A stretch of 64,000 nucleotides of DNA, taken from contig CAWCNS010000007.1 in the NCBI GenBank assembly GCA_963796965.1, positions 416,001 through 480,000 of the forward strand, in the 5' to 3' direction. The notes under the pieces were generated by a model, which had not been told where the DNA came from, ran no database searches, and saw only the letters and a program-made list of their open reading frames with translations. A program made the translations under genes and the position numbers. The stretch comes from Calditrichia bacterium (GTDB lineage: Bacteria; Calditrichota; Calditrichia; JAJRVZ01). Below are positions 10,732 through 21,743 of this stretch, in pieces (positions within the stretch are counted from its first letter, which is position 1; each line of letters opens with the position of its first letter).

Positions 10732-11949
10732 TTAATGATCGCCCATCTTCGAATTCAATCGCGAATGCCGATGTGTGAATCTCCCCTTTACTTCTTGTAA
10801 CCCTTCTTTCACATCAGATATTTCATCCATTAATTCCAGGTATCTGAGAGCGCGGTTGGTAAAGTCCAATGCTTTAGAGGGAGAACCGCCTTTATGTTCA
10901 TAAAATTTTGCTAATTCCTCAGTAGCAAATAATATCTCCACGCCCCGATCAAGAAAACTATGCCAAATATCCAGAGATTCCTCTAAAAAATTCTTCCTTT
11001 TTAAAACCAAACTATATTTTTTCAAATAGGGTGTTGGTATTTTCATATAATATGATTTTAATTTATTAAGGATCGGATTGATCCGCTCCATATCTGCTAT
11101 ATCGAGGGCAACTTTAAGCATAGAATATAACTCTACATGGGATTGATTCTCTAAAAGGTTCATATTTTCTATATGATGCAAATGGAATAATAAGCGGCTT
11201 AATGAGATCAGATCTTGTTGATTATGATCTATAATGCGTTTTATTTCTGACAATTCACCACTATCGATATAAGAAAAATAAGCCTGGGGTATTAAAGCAC
11301 CATCTATATCATGGTAGCGGCTAAAGAGGAATATCTCTTCTTCGATGGTACCGAGGGAACACGATGGTAATGTCCCTTGCCATAATCTGCGGGCTAAATG
11401 TAATAAATCCAGATGTAAAAAAGAATCAAATGGATTATCTACCCGATTCATTATGAGACGATTCCTCAGCAAGGGATAGTCAAATGATTTACCATTATAG
11501 GTTAATAAAATACTTTTATCTTCCAAAATATTGCGCAGGTCTAAAAAGGCGGTTATTTCCCGACCAAAATCCGGAAGGAAGTATTGATAGAGCCTTATCC
11601 CTCCCTCCTCAAACAATCCAAATCCAACCAGAAAAGGGTAGGTCCCCGTTCCACCGGCAAGTCCCGTCGTTTCAAGGTCAAAAATCAAAAGATTTTTAAC
11701 GGGGATTTCTTCGGGAAAATGTTTTTTTGTCAATAGGGGCAGCGAAACAGCGGGAGGATTATCTCCTTTCTCGCTCGGATCAATATCAGAAAATGGAAAG
11801 AATTTTTCTATTTTTATCACAGGCAAGGTATCAGGTTCAATTATTTCTCCCCCCAAATGCGCCGCCATTTGTTCATAACGCGGTACCCTCTCCGGAGGCT
11901 TTGGCCGGGAATCGGTCTGATAGTATTTTAATTTATCTCGTAGATCCAT
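10732..11949 (-). CDS. mrfB: YprB/MrfB-like RNase_H_2 (DEDD) exonuclease with helical C-terminus
   Basis: FDLETTGLAGGTG, TYNGKSFDYPLL, HLDLLHLARRLW, DIDGALIP and HNQQDL; directly downstream of the DUF1998 helicase. Confidence 0.75.
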   Translation of the reverse strand: MDLRDKLKYYQTDSRPKPPERVPRYEQMAAHLGGEIIEPDTLPVIKIEKFFPFSDIDPSEKGDNPPAVSLPLLTKKHFPEEIPVKNLLIFDLETTGLAGGTGTYPFLVGFGLFEEGGIRLYQYFLPDFGREITAFLDLRNILEDKSILLTYNGKSFDYPLLRNRLIMNRVDNPFDSFLHLDLLHLARRLWQGTLPSCSLGTIEEEIFLFSRYHDIDGALIPQAYFSYIDSGELSEIKRIIDHNQQDLISLSRLLFHLHHIENMNLLENQSHVELYSMLKVALDIADMERINPILNKLKSYYMKIPTPYLKKYSLVLKRKNFLEESLDIWHSFLDRGVEILFATEELAKFYEHKGGSPSKALDFTNRALRYLELMDEISDVKEGLQEVKGRFTHRHSRLNSKMGDH

Positions 11950-11964
11950 TATATTTCATTTTGT

Positions 11965-11992
11965 GTAGTGGACGTTCGTGAACGGCCACTAC
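11965..11992. repeat. 28-bp GTAG-type REP palindrome
   Basis: GTAGTGGACGTTCGTGAACGGCCACTAC; close copies at 59288 and 60930. Confidence 0.7.
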
Positions 11993-12074
11993 TACGCAAC
12001 ATAACTTTGGAAGATTATTACAGAAAAACATTAATCGATTGAATTTACTTAATAAACAGGTAATACAAAAGATA

Positions 12075-14333
12075 TCAGATTAGTTGTTGGAGGATCTTTT
12101 TAGCACTTTGTTTACCAAAAAGTCCTGATTCAAGGGGTGGGCCAATACAAGCAGGACAGCCTTTTTCGCAGGAACAGCCATTGATATGTGTTAAAACGGC
12201 CTGCAAAATCATATCGATTATATTATAAAGTTTTTTACTCAATCCAACACCACCCGGATATTTATCATAGACATAAATAGTAGGTTTGTGAGAAAACGGT
12301 GCCCGAACCATTGGAATAACACATATATCAGCGCGATCACACATAATATATAGTGGAATTAAATTTTGCATGGTAAAGGCAATGCCACGCAATCCCTCCC
12401 CAATCACAGATTCCTCAAAATAGGGATCTTCAAAGAGAATTTCAGGAAATTCCAACCAGGTTGAAGAAGAATGCATTTCCATTTCCGGTAAATAAATTTT
12501 ACCCATTCCGACATTTTCATGTGTAAAAAATTTAACCTTTTTAAAAGCTGTAGCCACCGTTGTTACAGCAACTTCGCCATAGAAACTATGATAACTTCCC
12601 TCTCTTTCTTCCAGAATATCCAGTACTTTTAAATCAGTTTTAGCAATAGCATCAGTATAATAATCGGAATCTGTCTCACTGACAAAAGCCTTTTTTCCAT
12701 CCCAGTCAAGTTCATCCACTTGAAATTGTTGGCTCTCATGGATATAAATTGCGTCTTTATGGACCAGCAAAGGCGCTGAAAAAAGATCAACCTCCCCAAT
12801 AATCCTGTTATTATCGGAAGTGTTAACAATAACTACATTATTTGGATTGGCGTTTCGCAAACTGACCTCATCGGCAGGATAAACATCCTGCATCCAATAA
12901 TATTTCCCGTCTGTTTCCCGTAACACCCGTTCGTCTTTTAAATATTGCAGCAACTGTTGTGTCGCATCGGTACCAAAATTTTCTTCAACTGTAAACGGCA
13001 ATTCAAAAGCAGCACATTTTATATGACTCATCAAAATCGGAAGGTTGTCGGCATCAATATTGGCGGTTTCAGGATTTTTCTCAAAAAAGAATGAGGGATG
13101 TTCAGCCAGATATTGATCAAGTGGTGCGCTGCTCAATACCATGATTGATACGGATGTGGTTTGCCGCCTCCCCGCTCTCCCAGCTTGCTGCCAACTACTG
13201 GAAATACTGCCGGGATAACCGGTCATAATCGAAACGTCCAATTGACCGATATCTATTCCTAACTCAAGGGCATTTGTACTGACAACAACTTGTATCTCCC
13301 CGTTTCTGAGACCCTGTTCAATTTTTCTTCTCTCATTGGGTAAATATCCCCCACGATAACCACGTATTTTATTGGGAGCGATTTTCAGTTGCTTAGCAGA
13401 GTCTTTGAGATACGTTACCAAAACCTCAACATTAAGCCTGCTGCGGGCAAATACAATTAACTGGATACCAGTTGGTAGAAAATGTTTGACAATTTTTCTT
13501 ACTTCTTTTATTACTGAATTTCTAAGCCCCAATTCCTGGTTTACTACCGGCGGATTATAAAATAAAAAGTGTTTCTCACCCGAGGGAGCGCCATTATTAT
13601 CAACAACATCAACCTTAGTTCCCGTTATTTTTTCAGCTATTTCTCCTGGATTAGCAATAGTAGCCGAACTGCAAATAAACTGAGGATCACTGCCGTAAAA
13701 GTCACATATTCGTTTCAAACGACGTATAACGTTGGCGAAATGACTTCCAAATACGCCTCGATAGGCATGAATCTCATCTATTACTATAAATTTCAAGTTT
13801 TCAAATAATTTTATCCATAATGTATGATGTGGTAAAATTCCCTGGTGCAGCATATCCGGATTTGTTACGACGATATGTCCTGCGGATCGAATCGTTCGCC
13901 TTACCTCCGGCGGTGTATCACCATCAAAGGTGTGGCAAATAATATTTTCTTCTAAAGATTCAATCATTTGATGTAATTCATGTACCTGATCTTGGGCAAG
14001 CGCTTTGGTTGGAAAAAGATATAATGTTCGAATCTCAGGATCTTTTAGTAATTCTGACAGAATAGGAAGATTATAGGTTAATGTTTTGCCTGAAGCGGTG
14101 GGCGTGACAACAACAACATTTTTTCCGGAAACAATTTTGTCAAATGCCGTCGCCTGGTGCGTATATAGGGAGGAGATACCTTTTTTCTCCAATACCTTTT
14201 TAACTTTTTCAGGAATTGAGGGTGGGAAGGGTGCTTTTTTTTCGTCTGTTGATGGGATTGTTTTCCAGGTGGTTACATTACGTAGAAAATCCTTTTTATC
14301 TTTTAGATGATCGATTAGTTGGAGTAAATTCAT
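12075..14333 (-). CDS. mrfA: YprA/MrfA-like DEAD/DEAH helicase with C-terminal DUF1998 Zn domain
   Basis: TPTASGKT, PTKALAQDQ, DEIH, SSAT, STNALELGIDIG, QQAGRAGRR, YDKYPGGVG and CSCEKGCPAC. Confidence 0.85.
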   Translation of the reverse strand: MNLLQLIDHLKDKKDFLRNVTTWKTIPSTDEKKAPFPPSIPEKVKKVLEKKGISSLYTHQATAFDKIVSGKNVVVVTPTASGKTLTYNLPILSELLKDPEIRTLYLFPTKALAQDQVHELHQMIESLEENIICHTFDGDTPPEVRRTIRSAGHIVVTNPDMLHQGILPHHTLWIKLFENLKFIVIDEIHAYRGVFGSHFANVIRRLKRICDFYGSDPQFICSSATIANPGEIAEKITGTKVDVVDNNGAPSGEKHFLFYNPPVVNQELGLRNSVIKEVRKIVKHFLPTGIQLIVFARSRLNVEVLVTYLKDSAKQLKIAPNKIRGYRGGYLPNERRKIEQGLRNGEIQVVVSTNALELGIDIGQLDVSIMTGYPGSISSSWQQAGRAGRRQTTSVSIMVLSSAPLDQYLAEHPSFFFEKNPETANIDADNLPILMSHIKCAAFELPFTVEENFGTDATQQLLQYLKDERVLRETDGKYYWMQDVYPADEVSLRNANPNNVVIVNTSDNNRIIGEVDLFSAPLLVHKDAIYIHESQQFQVDELDWDGKKAFVSETDSDYYTDAIAKTDLKVLDILEEREGSYHSFYGEVAVTTVATAFKKVKFFTHENVGMGKIYLPEMEMHSSSTWLEFPEILFEDPYFEESVIGEGLRGIAFTMQNLIPLYIMCDRADICVIPMVRAPFSHKPTIYVYDKYPGGVGLSKKLYNIIDMILQAVLTHINGCSCEKGCPACIGPPLESGLFGKQSAKKILQQLI

Positions 14334-14374
14334 TTAATTATGCTTATATAAGGGTTAACATAAAAGAGATGCTA

Positions 14375-14480
14375 AACGCAAAGACGCAAAGACTCATTCG
14401 CATGGTGCATAGCGCATAGCGCATGGTCTTTGATCCCATGCGCTATGCTCTCTGCGCTTTGCCTAAAGACTTTGCGTCGT
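14375..14480. repeat. Composite repeat: CGCAAAGA arms enclosing a heptamer (GCATAGC) inverted repeat
   Basis: aacgcaaagacgcaaagact [cgcatggtgcatagcgcatagcgcatgg ... ccatgcgctatgctctctgcgctttgc] gactttgcgtcgt. Confidence 0.65.
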
Positions 14481-14519
14481 ATTCTTATCGGAACAACAAT
14501 ATATTAATATCTTATCACA

Positions 14520-15850
14520 TTACATATTAGCCAGAGATGCATCGATTTTTGCGACGACATCAGATATTGATGAACCTTCACTTCTTTGACCCAGTGAAGC
14601 TTCATAAATGTCATAATTCCCTAACCGGTTGCTAAAAAACAGAATTTTCTGCCCATCATTCGAAAATACCGGATTTAAATCATCAGCCGGATTCGAGGTT
14701 ACACGTATTTCATCATCTCCGTTTTCATTCATCATGTAAATCTCATAATTACCATCACGATCTGAAAAGAAGGCAACCCTATTCCCCACCGCACTTAAAT
14801 CAGGTGCAGCATTATTATATCCACTGCTATAAGTGATTTGCTTTGTTTCAGAACCATCTGCTTTCATCCGATAGATATCATAACTACCATTCCGATTTGA
14901 ATCAAAATAAATCGTTCCTGTTTCTCCCCCATTTAGCACCGGCCCCCCATCATTGGCCTCATCCTTTGTCAAAGCCAACTGAAAACTGCCATCTTTTTCC
15001 ATTATAAAAATGTGGCTGTTATAGTTCTTCAAGGCTAACATCACGCAAATCGTTGCGTTCGGAAACAAATACGATAAAATTACCATCTGTAGAAAAACGG
15101 GGCTTCCAATCATTAGAACCATTTGTTGTCAGGTTCGTTTCATAATTATTTATGAGATCTAAAGTATAAATATCACGCAATTTCTGATTATAATCCACAT
15201 TCCTGTGATCATCTCTGGTAGAGGTATAGGCAATAGTTCTACCATCGGGGGAATAGCCGCCATTTTCTTCATCCGCAGGATCAAAGGTCAGTCTGTTTTG
15301 TGGTCTGCGAGGCTATGTCATATTCATAGATATCCCAGTTTTCACCTTGATAGGCCTGATAGATGATTTTTGTACCATCTGCAGAATAGGAAGGATAAGC
15401 TTCAGGCATAGAAGAAGCAATTATAGGCGTAACAGTATAAGAATCAAGAAATTTCGGTGAAATACGATTTAAATATTGTGGCCCATCCCTGCCCAAAAGA
15501 ATTTCTTTATAGGCTGTAAACGCTTTTCTTTTATCTCCCATTCGCATCGCTAATTCTGCATAACTAAATTTAACATCAGCTTGGTTTGGATCCAGGGCAA
15601 GGGCGCCTTCATAAGTCTTTAATGCCTGCATATCCTGACCCATTGCTTCATATTCCTGAGCTAATTGCAGACGCCAACTCAAATTGTTAGGCTCATCTTC
15701 AATATTTTCCAATAGATCGGCTATCCTCTCAGATGAAGCCATTTCATTTGCAGACATATCATCACTCGATACATCCGATTTCGAAGAGCCACCGCAGGAC
15801 ATGAGTACAAGAATCAATGTACCTGTTAAAAGTAGTGTAATAATTCGCAT
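14520..15850 (-). CDS. Lipoprotein with N-terminal TPR and TolB/PD40 beta-propeller; two probable frameshifts (~15291, ~15020)
   Basis: LVLMSC lipobox; TPR helices; PSYSADG, YSPDG..IAYTS (alternate frame), PRFSTDG..FVSER, FDSNRNG.YDIY and FFSDRDGNYEIY PD40 repeats. Confidence 0.75.
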
Positions 15851-15874
15851 CGATCCTCCAATAGAGAAGTCAGA

Positions 15875-18800
15875 TTATTGCCCAATTTCTAAAATTCTTT
15901 TTTGAGCTTCCTTTTTTAATACAACATCGATACCAGGTCGTTTAACAATTTCAGAATACATTCTCTTTGCCTCGTCCATACGACCAAGTTTTTCATAAGC
16001 CTGGCCAGAATAATATAAAGCACTGGCCTCCCATTGTAATTCAGTCTTACGGGATAGTAATGGAATCTTCACAAATTCCGCAATAGCATTTTCGTATTGA
16101 CCTGTTTGAAAATAGGCATCCCCGATGTAAAATTGAATTTCAGGCTCCCTCTCACTATCGGCAAGTAATCGTGTTTCCTTAAATAATTCTACAGCTCTGT
16201 CGACCTGGTTTAAGGCCACATAGGCACGGCCCATCATTATTTTTTTATCAATTACATCATCTGCATTAGGATAGGTTGAAATATATTCCCGGGAGAGTGC
16301 AAGAGCAGCATCCCAAAAATTAACAAATGAGTATGCTTTAATCAAGTTACTCATCACCTGCTGGCGAACTTCTGGCGTTAAAGGCTTATCCATCGCGCTT
16401 TTAAATGTAGCGATCGCACTGTCATATTTTTCAGAGCGGTGATAAATACCACCAAGCGTATTCAGGACGGCACCGAGATTATCACTATTTGGATACTTTT
16501 GAGCAAATCCAGTGAGGATATCTATAGCCTCCTGGTGTCTGTTTACAGCAATATAGGTAACTGCCAGATAATAATCGGCATCATCAACATAGGAGGATTT
16601 TGGATAATTTTTCTTTACATTTGTAAAGAATTTTACCGCTTGATTATAATTTGAATTTTTCCTGTAGTAATTACCATATTCAAATTGAAATGAAGCACGA
16701 TGATTGATCTGTGATTTATAAGTTTTTGTATAGTTCGATATCTGCTTATCCGCGCTGCTCTTTTTTCCACTACGAATTAAGCAAATGATTTCCCGGGCGA
16801 GAATATCAGATTTTTCTTTCTCATCTGCAGTAATAGCAGCCAGTTTCATATAGGTTGCAGCGGCCTTATCATAAGTCTCCTGATCAAAATAAAGATTTCC
16901 CATACTAAGCAGAGCTTTAGGATAAAAAATCTCATCAGTTGTTGGAACATTATCAAAACTGCTGATAGCACTGCCAGGATTGTTCATTGCAATATAAACA
17001 TCACCCAGTAAATAACTTGCCTCACTTCTATATTGGCCCTTTGGATTATTCGCGAGGTAGTTGATGAAATTTAAACGTGCATTACGCCAATCTTTTAAAT
17101 TATAGTGGGCCTTACCTAGTTTATAGGATAGAACTGATTGAGATTCTGTGGTTATTTCGCGGCTCAAAACCATATCTTCGGTCTTTAAAGGATCCAACAT
17201 TTGACGATAAGTTATTATCGCCCGGGCACTTTCACCTGAATAAAGATCGGTATCACCAATTTTCAATTTTGCTTTTTCAGCAAGATTTGTATAATAATAA
17301 TCCGTGAGCACTTTTGTAAATACTTGATTTGCCTTGATATAACTGGCTTCAGAATCCCATATCAATCCAAGATTATACAGGGCGTTGGCCGCTGTTGGCG
17401 AATGCGGATATGATGCAGCTATAGTTCTAAAATCATCGGTAGATTTTCCCTTGTTCATACGAAGATTTATAACAGCACGTTCGTACAAATAATCAGGGTA
17501 TTGCTTGCTAGTCGGAAATTGATCCGCGAGGGCTGTATAATGTAACAGAGCCTTACTCAGGTCTCCACCATCCATTGCGTATAAATCACCTAACTTTTTA
17601 TGCCACTCTTCTCGAAGGGGGCTCTCTGGATATTTTTTTACCAGGGTCTCGTAATAACCTATTTGCTTAGAACTCGGAGAATTGTCGACTTTAATACCCA
17701 GCGAAACAAAGTGATAAGATATCAGGTCCGGTTCTGCAGCTGATGAGATGTTTTCCATGGCTTTTCCAAGATTTTCCTTAGCCAGGTTTAAATATTCTCC
17801 CCGTTTTGCTTCGCTCACTTTACGGTTTTCAGCAAGGCGTTGGTAGGTGAGGCCCAGGTAGTGATATAAATCGACCTGTAAAGATGTACTTTGAGCGGTT
17901 TGTAATGCCGTTCTGAATTGTATCAGGGCATTTGGATAATCCTTAAGATTGGCATAGTATATCTTGCCCAGATTAAACTGCAAAAGAGCATCCTCTTTCC
18001 TGTTAATCATATCCCCCATAAGCAGAGATAACTGGCTGATTCCAAGGTTATTATTCATCAGATAATAATTATCAAGATACTCCAGCCTGTCTGCTGCTTC
18101 ACTCACTAAGGTACTGGATGCATATTGCTCTATAATCATCCTATAAAATCTTGCACTCTCGTCATATCGTCCTAATTGCTCATTGGCAAAAGCAATCTCG
18201 TAAATATAGTTATCCTTATTTACAAATTTTAATTCTGAATATATCGCTGGTTGAAGTTCGCGAATGATGCCCAGCCAGTCCTGCTGATTCTTAAGAAAAC
18301 TAATAAACCACATTTGATCGTTTTCTGTGAGTCCTTGCAAGCTTTGTAATGTATACAAATCAGCTAGTCCAGACTCAAATTGACCGTCTGCCAACTTCCA
18401 TTTAAAACATAAATCTTTGGCCTGTTGATATCCACTCCATTCCCAGTACCTCTTATTCAGAATAATAGGCTGAAGTGTTTGGATTGCATTATGTTGATTG
18501 CCCTGTTTTTCCCAGGATAAGGCCAATTTGAGATTTCGGACCACATACTTTGTAGAGTCAGATGACTCAATACTGATTAGATAATGCTTTCCCGCTAAGG
18601 CATATTTTGTATCAAGATAATAAGCATCTGCCAGGCTCTCCTCTAATCTATACTTATAAATCCCAGGGGGATTAGAATTTAATGCATCAGTTATTACCTG
18701 TTGAACCTGGGGATATTTTTCCTGCTGTAAATAAATCTGTGATAATGCTAAAACAGATCCGGGGTAACTTTTTGTTTTCTTGAATTTACTGACGACATTT

Positions 18801-19510
18801 TGATAAGGGGCAATTGCCTGTTGGTAATTGCCCTGAATAGCATAAGACTCACCTAAATAATACCAGGCCCTTGCCTTCAATTCATCACCGCCGTCACTGG
18901 CCAGCACCTTTTCTAACTTCTCCGTTGCATGCGACGTTTTCCCCATATCAAGATAAAGTTTTCCCTGGGCAAGCATACTTGGGAAATAGGCCGATGATTC
19001 AATATAGCGATTTTGGATAAGATTATATAATTGTTCAGCAACCTCGTTTCGTCCTAACTCCTGATATATCTCTCCTGCTTTCAAGATACTTTCAGCAGTT
19101 TTTTCATGGTTTGGATGCAGCAATTTCACCATTTCATAGGCTTTAGCAGCTTCCTCCAGATTTGATAGTCGTTGATAACAATCGCCAATCATATACCAGC
19201 TATCTGCGGCACGATCATGACGTGGAAAATCGACAGCCACGCGCTGGAAGGCTATCCGGGCATTTTCATATTGTCTAAGGAAATACAATGACATACCAGA
19301 ATAAAAGCCTGCTTCAGGCACATTATTGCTTCCAGGATAGTTGTCAACATATCGTGAAAATTGCTGTGCTGCAAGGTCATAAAACTTTTCATTATAAAGT
19401 TTCAGAGCATAAGAGAAATCGTTACTCTCTGACCGTTGCTGAGCAAGTACATTACTGAATACCATCAAAAATGCAACTAATGTAAAAAAGACTATTTTTG
19501 TTCGTTTCAT
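15875..19510 (-). CDS. Large secreted TPR-repeat protein (CpoB/BamD-like repeats)
   Basis: Signal peptide and about 1200 aa of TPR pairs with YP.S...A motifs. Confidence 0.8.
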   Translation of the reverse strand: MKRTKIVFFTLVAFLMVFSNVLAQQRSESNDFSYALKLYNEKFYDLAAQQFSRYVDNYPGSNNVPEAGFYSGMSLYFLRQYENARIAFQRVAVDFPRHDRAADSWYMIGDCYQRLSNLEEAAKAYEMVKLLHPNHEKTAESILKAGEIYQELGRNEVAEQLYNLIQNRYIESSAYFPSMLAQGKLYLDMGKTSHATEKLEKVLASDGGDELKARAWYYLGESYAIQGNYQQAIAPYQNVVSKFKKTKSYPGSVLALSQIYLQQEKYPQVQQVITDALNSNPPGIYKYRLEESLADAYYLDTKYALAGKHYLISIESSDSTKYVVRNLKLALSWEKQGNQHNAIQTLQPIILNKRYWEWSGYQQAKDLCFKWKLADGQFESGLADLYTLQSLQGLTENDQMWFISFLKNQQDWLGIIRELQPAIYSELKFVNKDNYIYEIAFANEQLGRYDESARFYRMIIEQYASSTLVSEAADRLEYLDNYYLMNNNLGISQLSLLMGDMINRKEDALLQFNLGKIYYANLKDYPNALIQFRTALQTAQSTSLQVDLYHYLGLTYQRLAENRKVSEAKRGEYLNLAKENLGKAMENISSAAEPDLISYHFVSLGIKVDNSPSSKQIGYYETLVKKYPESPLREEWHKKLGDLYAMDGGDLSKALLHYTALADQFPTSKQYPDYLYERAVINLRMNKGKSTDDFRTIAASYPHSPTAANALYNLGLIWDSEASYIKANQVFTKVLTDYYYTNLAEKAKLKIGDTDLYSGESARAIITYRQMLDPLKTEDMVLSREITTESQSVLSYKLGKAHYNLKDWRNARLNFINYLANNPKGQYRSEASYLLGDVYIAMNNPGSAISSFDNVPTTDEIFYPKALLSMGNLYFDQETYDKAAATYMKLAAITADEKEKSDILAREIICLIRSGKKSSADKQISNYTKTYKSQINHRASFQFEYGNYYRKNSNYNQAVKFFTNVKKNYPKSSYVDDADYYLAVTYIAVNRHQEAIDILTGFAQKYPNSDNLGAVLNTLGGIYHRSEKYDSAIATFKSAMDKPLTPEVRQQVMSNLIKAYSFVNFWDAALALSREYISTYPNADDVIDKKIMMGRAYVALNQVDRAVELFKETRLLADSEREPEIQFYIGDAYFQTGQYENAIAEFVKIPLLSRKTELQWEASALYYSGQAYEKLGRMDEAKRMYSEIVKRPGIDVVLKKEAQKRILEIGQ

Positions 19511-19526
19511 TAATATGACCTTCTAA

Positions 19527-21743
19527 TCATTCAGAGACTTCTAACGGGGTTAAGTTTGCATATTGTGCTATGAGTTTTTTTAGTATTTCTCCTTCAAATC
19601 TTATGGAGATCTTCATTTTATCTCCATGGCCCTCAACGCCCAATACTTGTCCCTTACCAAATGTTTCATGATATACTTTACTACCTACTTTATATACTAT
19701 CTCATCAGCCTGAGACTCATCTTCCTGATTAAAATACTCCAGCATCTTCTTGCGTCGCGTTTGCTTACGCGTCTTTCCGGATCCTCCCTTTTCAAATCCA
19801 ATTAACTGGGTTTTCATAAATTCAGGGGGGATTTCATCTAAAAACAAAGATGGAATACAGTAATTTACATTGTTAAATCTTCTCCTTGCACGGGCATAAC
19901 TTAAGTAGAGACTTTCCTCTGCTCTTGTCATGCCAACATATAAAAGACGTCGCTCCTCTTCCAATTCCGAATTATCAGCGGAATTTCGTTGTAGGGGAAA
20001 CAATCCCATTTCCATCCCCGTAATAAAAACTACTGGGAATTCAAGTCCCTTGGATGAATGCAGGGTCATTAACGTCACTGAATTCCTTGATTCATTCATG
20101 GAATCTACATCGCTCAATAATGCAACATCTTCGAGGAATGAGGAAAGGCTGTTGTCTTTTTTCTCTGCCTCACGTTCTGATGTAAATATTTGTATCGTAT
20201 TGAACAATTCATATATATTTTCAAGGCGACTTTCACTCTCATACTGGTCGTATTCGTTTTTTATATGATCAATAATACCTGTCTCATGAGTAAGAGATGA
20301 AGTTAATTCAGATGCAGATATTTTTTTACTGGATTTTTGATATTTCGTGATCATATTAAAAAATTCAAGGACACGGTTTGCCATTCCAGCAGATATTGAA
20401 GATATCTCCTGCACCTTCCCCATGCCTTCCAAGAGGGTTATATCCAAAGACTCCACATATTTTTCAATTTTACCAACCGTTGTATCACCAATTCCACGTA
20501 AAGGGAAATTAACAATTCTGCGTAAACTGACACTGTCTTTAGGATTGGTAATTACTTTTAAATAGGCCAAAATATCCTTGATCTCTTTGCGATCATAAAA
20601 TTTAACACCACCAACGATGGCATATGAGATTGCATTTTTTCGCAGATCATCTTCCAGGGCTCTGCTTTGGGCATTGGTTCTATATAAAATGGCAATATCT
20701 TTGAAACTTCTCTTATTCGAATACATTTCTTTATGAATATGTTCAACGATCTTTTTTGCTTCATCCGATTCATTCTCAGCGTCCATAAGAACGATTGGTC
20801 CACCACCCTTCTTATTGGTAAATAACTTTTTCCCTAACCGCTCTGTGTTATGCGAAATTAGTGCACCAGCTCCATCCAGGATAAATTTATTTGAACGATA
20901 GTTTTCTTCCAGACGGAAAGTTTTTGCATCTTCAAAATCTTCCTTAAAATTCAAGATATTATTGATATCAGCACCACGCCAGCGATAGATGGACTGATCT
21001 TCATCCCCAACGACACAGATTGAATTCTTTTTACCTACCAGGCTTTTAATTAACAAATATTGCGCGCGATTGGTGTCCTGATACTCATCAACCAGGATAT
21101 ATTTAAATTTCCGTTCATATTTTTTATGAATATCCGGATGGTCATTAAATAGTTTGATTGGCAAAATTAAGAGATCATCAAAATCAACGGCATTATTTTC
21201 CACAAGAAATTCATCATAGCGTTTATAGACAGCGGGCAGGAGATCGTCAAACTCGTCCCCTTTCTTTTTTTCAAGATCAGCCGGGGCAATCATTCTGTTT
21301 TTAGCCTGACTGATACGAGACTGAAACAGCTTGGGGGAATGAAGTTGCTGAGGTATGTTTAAAATACTCATTACCTTTTTCAGGGCACCAACCTGATCAT
21401 CTGTATCATAAATTGTAAAATTTTCACCATAAGGCAAACTTTTCGTTTCAATTCTCAGCAATCTCGCAAACATTGAATGAAAAGTCCCAATCCACATTTT
21501 TGACAAATCATGTTTTGCCTGCTCTAAAACACGGTCTTTCATCTCTCGTGCTGCTTTATTTGTAAAGGTGACGGCTAAAATATTTGAGGGATTTACCTTG
21601 TGATGTTCAAGAAGATAAGATATTCTATAAGTCAGGGTTCTCGTTTTACCGCTGCCGGCACCGGCAAGGATCAATATATGCTTATCCATGCATTTGACTG
21701 CTTCCAATTGAACTTTGTTCAAATCCTTTGTGGAAAAACTCAT
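19527..21743 (-). CDS. pcrA: ATP-dependent DNA helicase PcrA/UvrD
   Basis: AGAGSGKT, TFTNKAA, VDEYQDTN, GDEDQSIY.WRGA, ENYRS, MTLHSSKGLEF, EEERRLLYVGMTRA and a C-terminal Tudor-like HETFGKG. Confidence 0.93.
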   Translation of the reverse strand: MSFSTKDLNKVQLEAVKCMDKHILILAGAGSGKTRTLTYRISYLLEHHKVNPSNILAVTFTNKAAREMKDRVLEQAKHDLSKMWIGTFHSMFARLLRIETKSLPYGENFTIYDTDDQVGALKKVMSILNIPQQLHSPKLFQSRISQAKNRMIAPADLEKKKGDEFDDLLPAVYKRYDEFLVENNAVDFDDLLILPIKLFNDHPDIHKKYERKFKYILVDEYQDTNRAQYLLIKSLVGKKNSICVVGDEDQSIYRWRGADINNILNFKEDFEDAKTFRLEENYRSNKFILDGAGALISHNTERLGKKLFTNKKGGGPIVLMDAENESDEAKKIVEHIHKEMYSNKRSFKDIAILYRTNAQSRALEDDLRKNAISYAIVGGVKFYDRKEIKDILAYLKVITNPKDSVSLRRIVNFPLRGIGDTTVGKIEKYVESLDITLLEGMGKVQEISSISAGMANRVLEFFNMITKYQKSSKKISASELTSSLTHETGIIDHIKNEYDQYESESRLENIYELFNTIQIFTSEREAEKKDNSLSSFLEDVALLSDVDSMNESRNSVTLMTLHSSKGLEFPVVFITGMEMGLFPLQRNSADNSELEEERRLLYVGMTRAEESLYLSYARARRRFNNVNYCIPSLFLDEIPPEFMKTQLIGFEKGGSGKTRKQTRRKKMLEYFNQEDESQADEIVYKVGSKVYHETFGKGQVLGVEGHGDKMKISIRFEGEILKKLIAQYANLTPLEVSE

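Noticed and set aside
10732..14333. DISARM or Druantia defence system from the DUF1998 helicase
   Set aside because: No methylase, PLD, SNF2 or other partners; the RNase_H_2 neighbour fits MrfAB.
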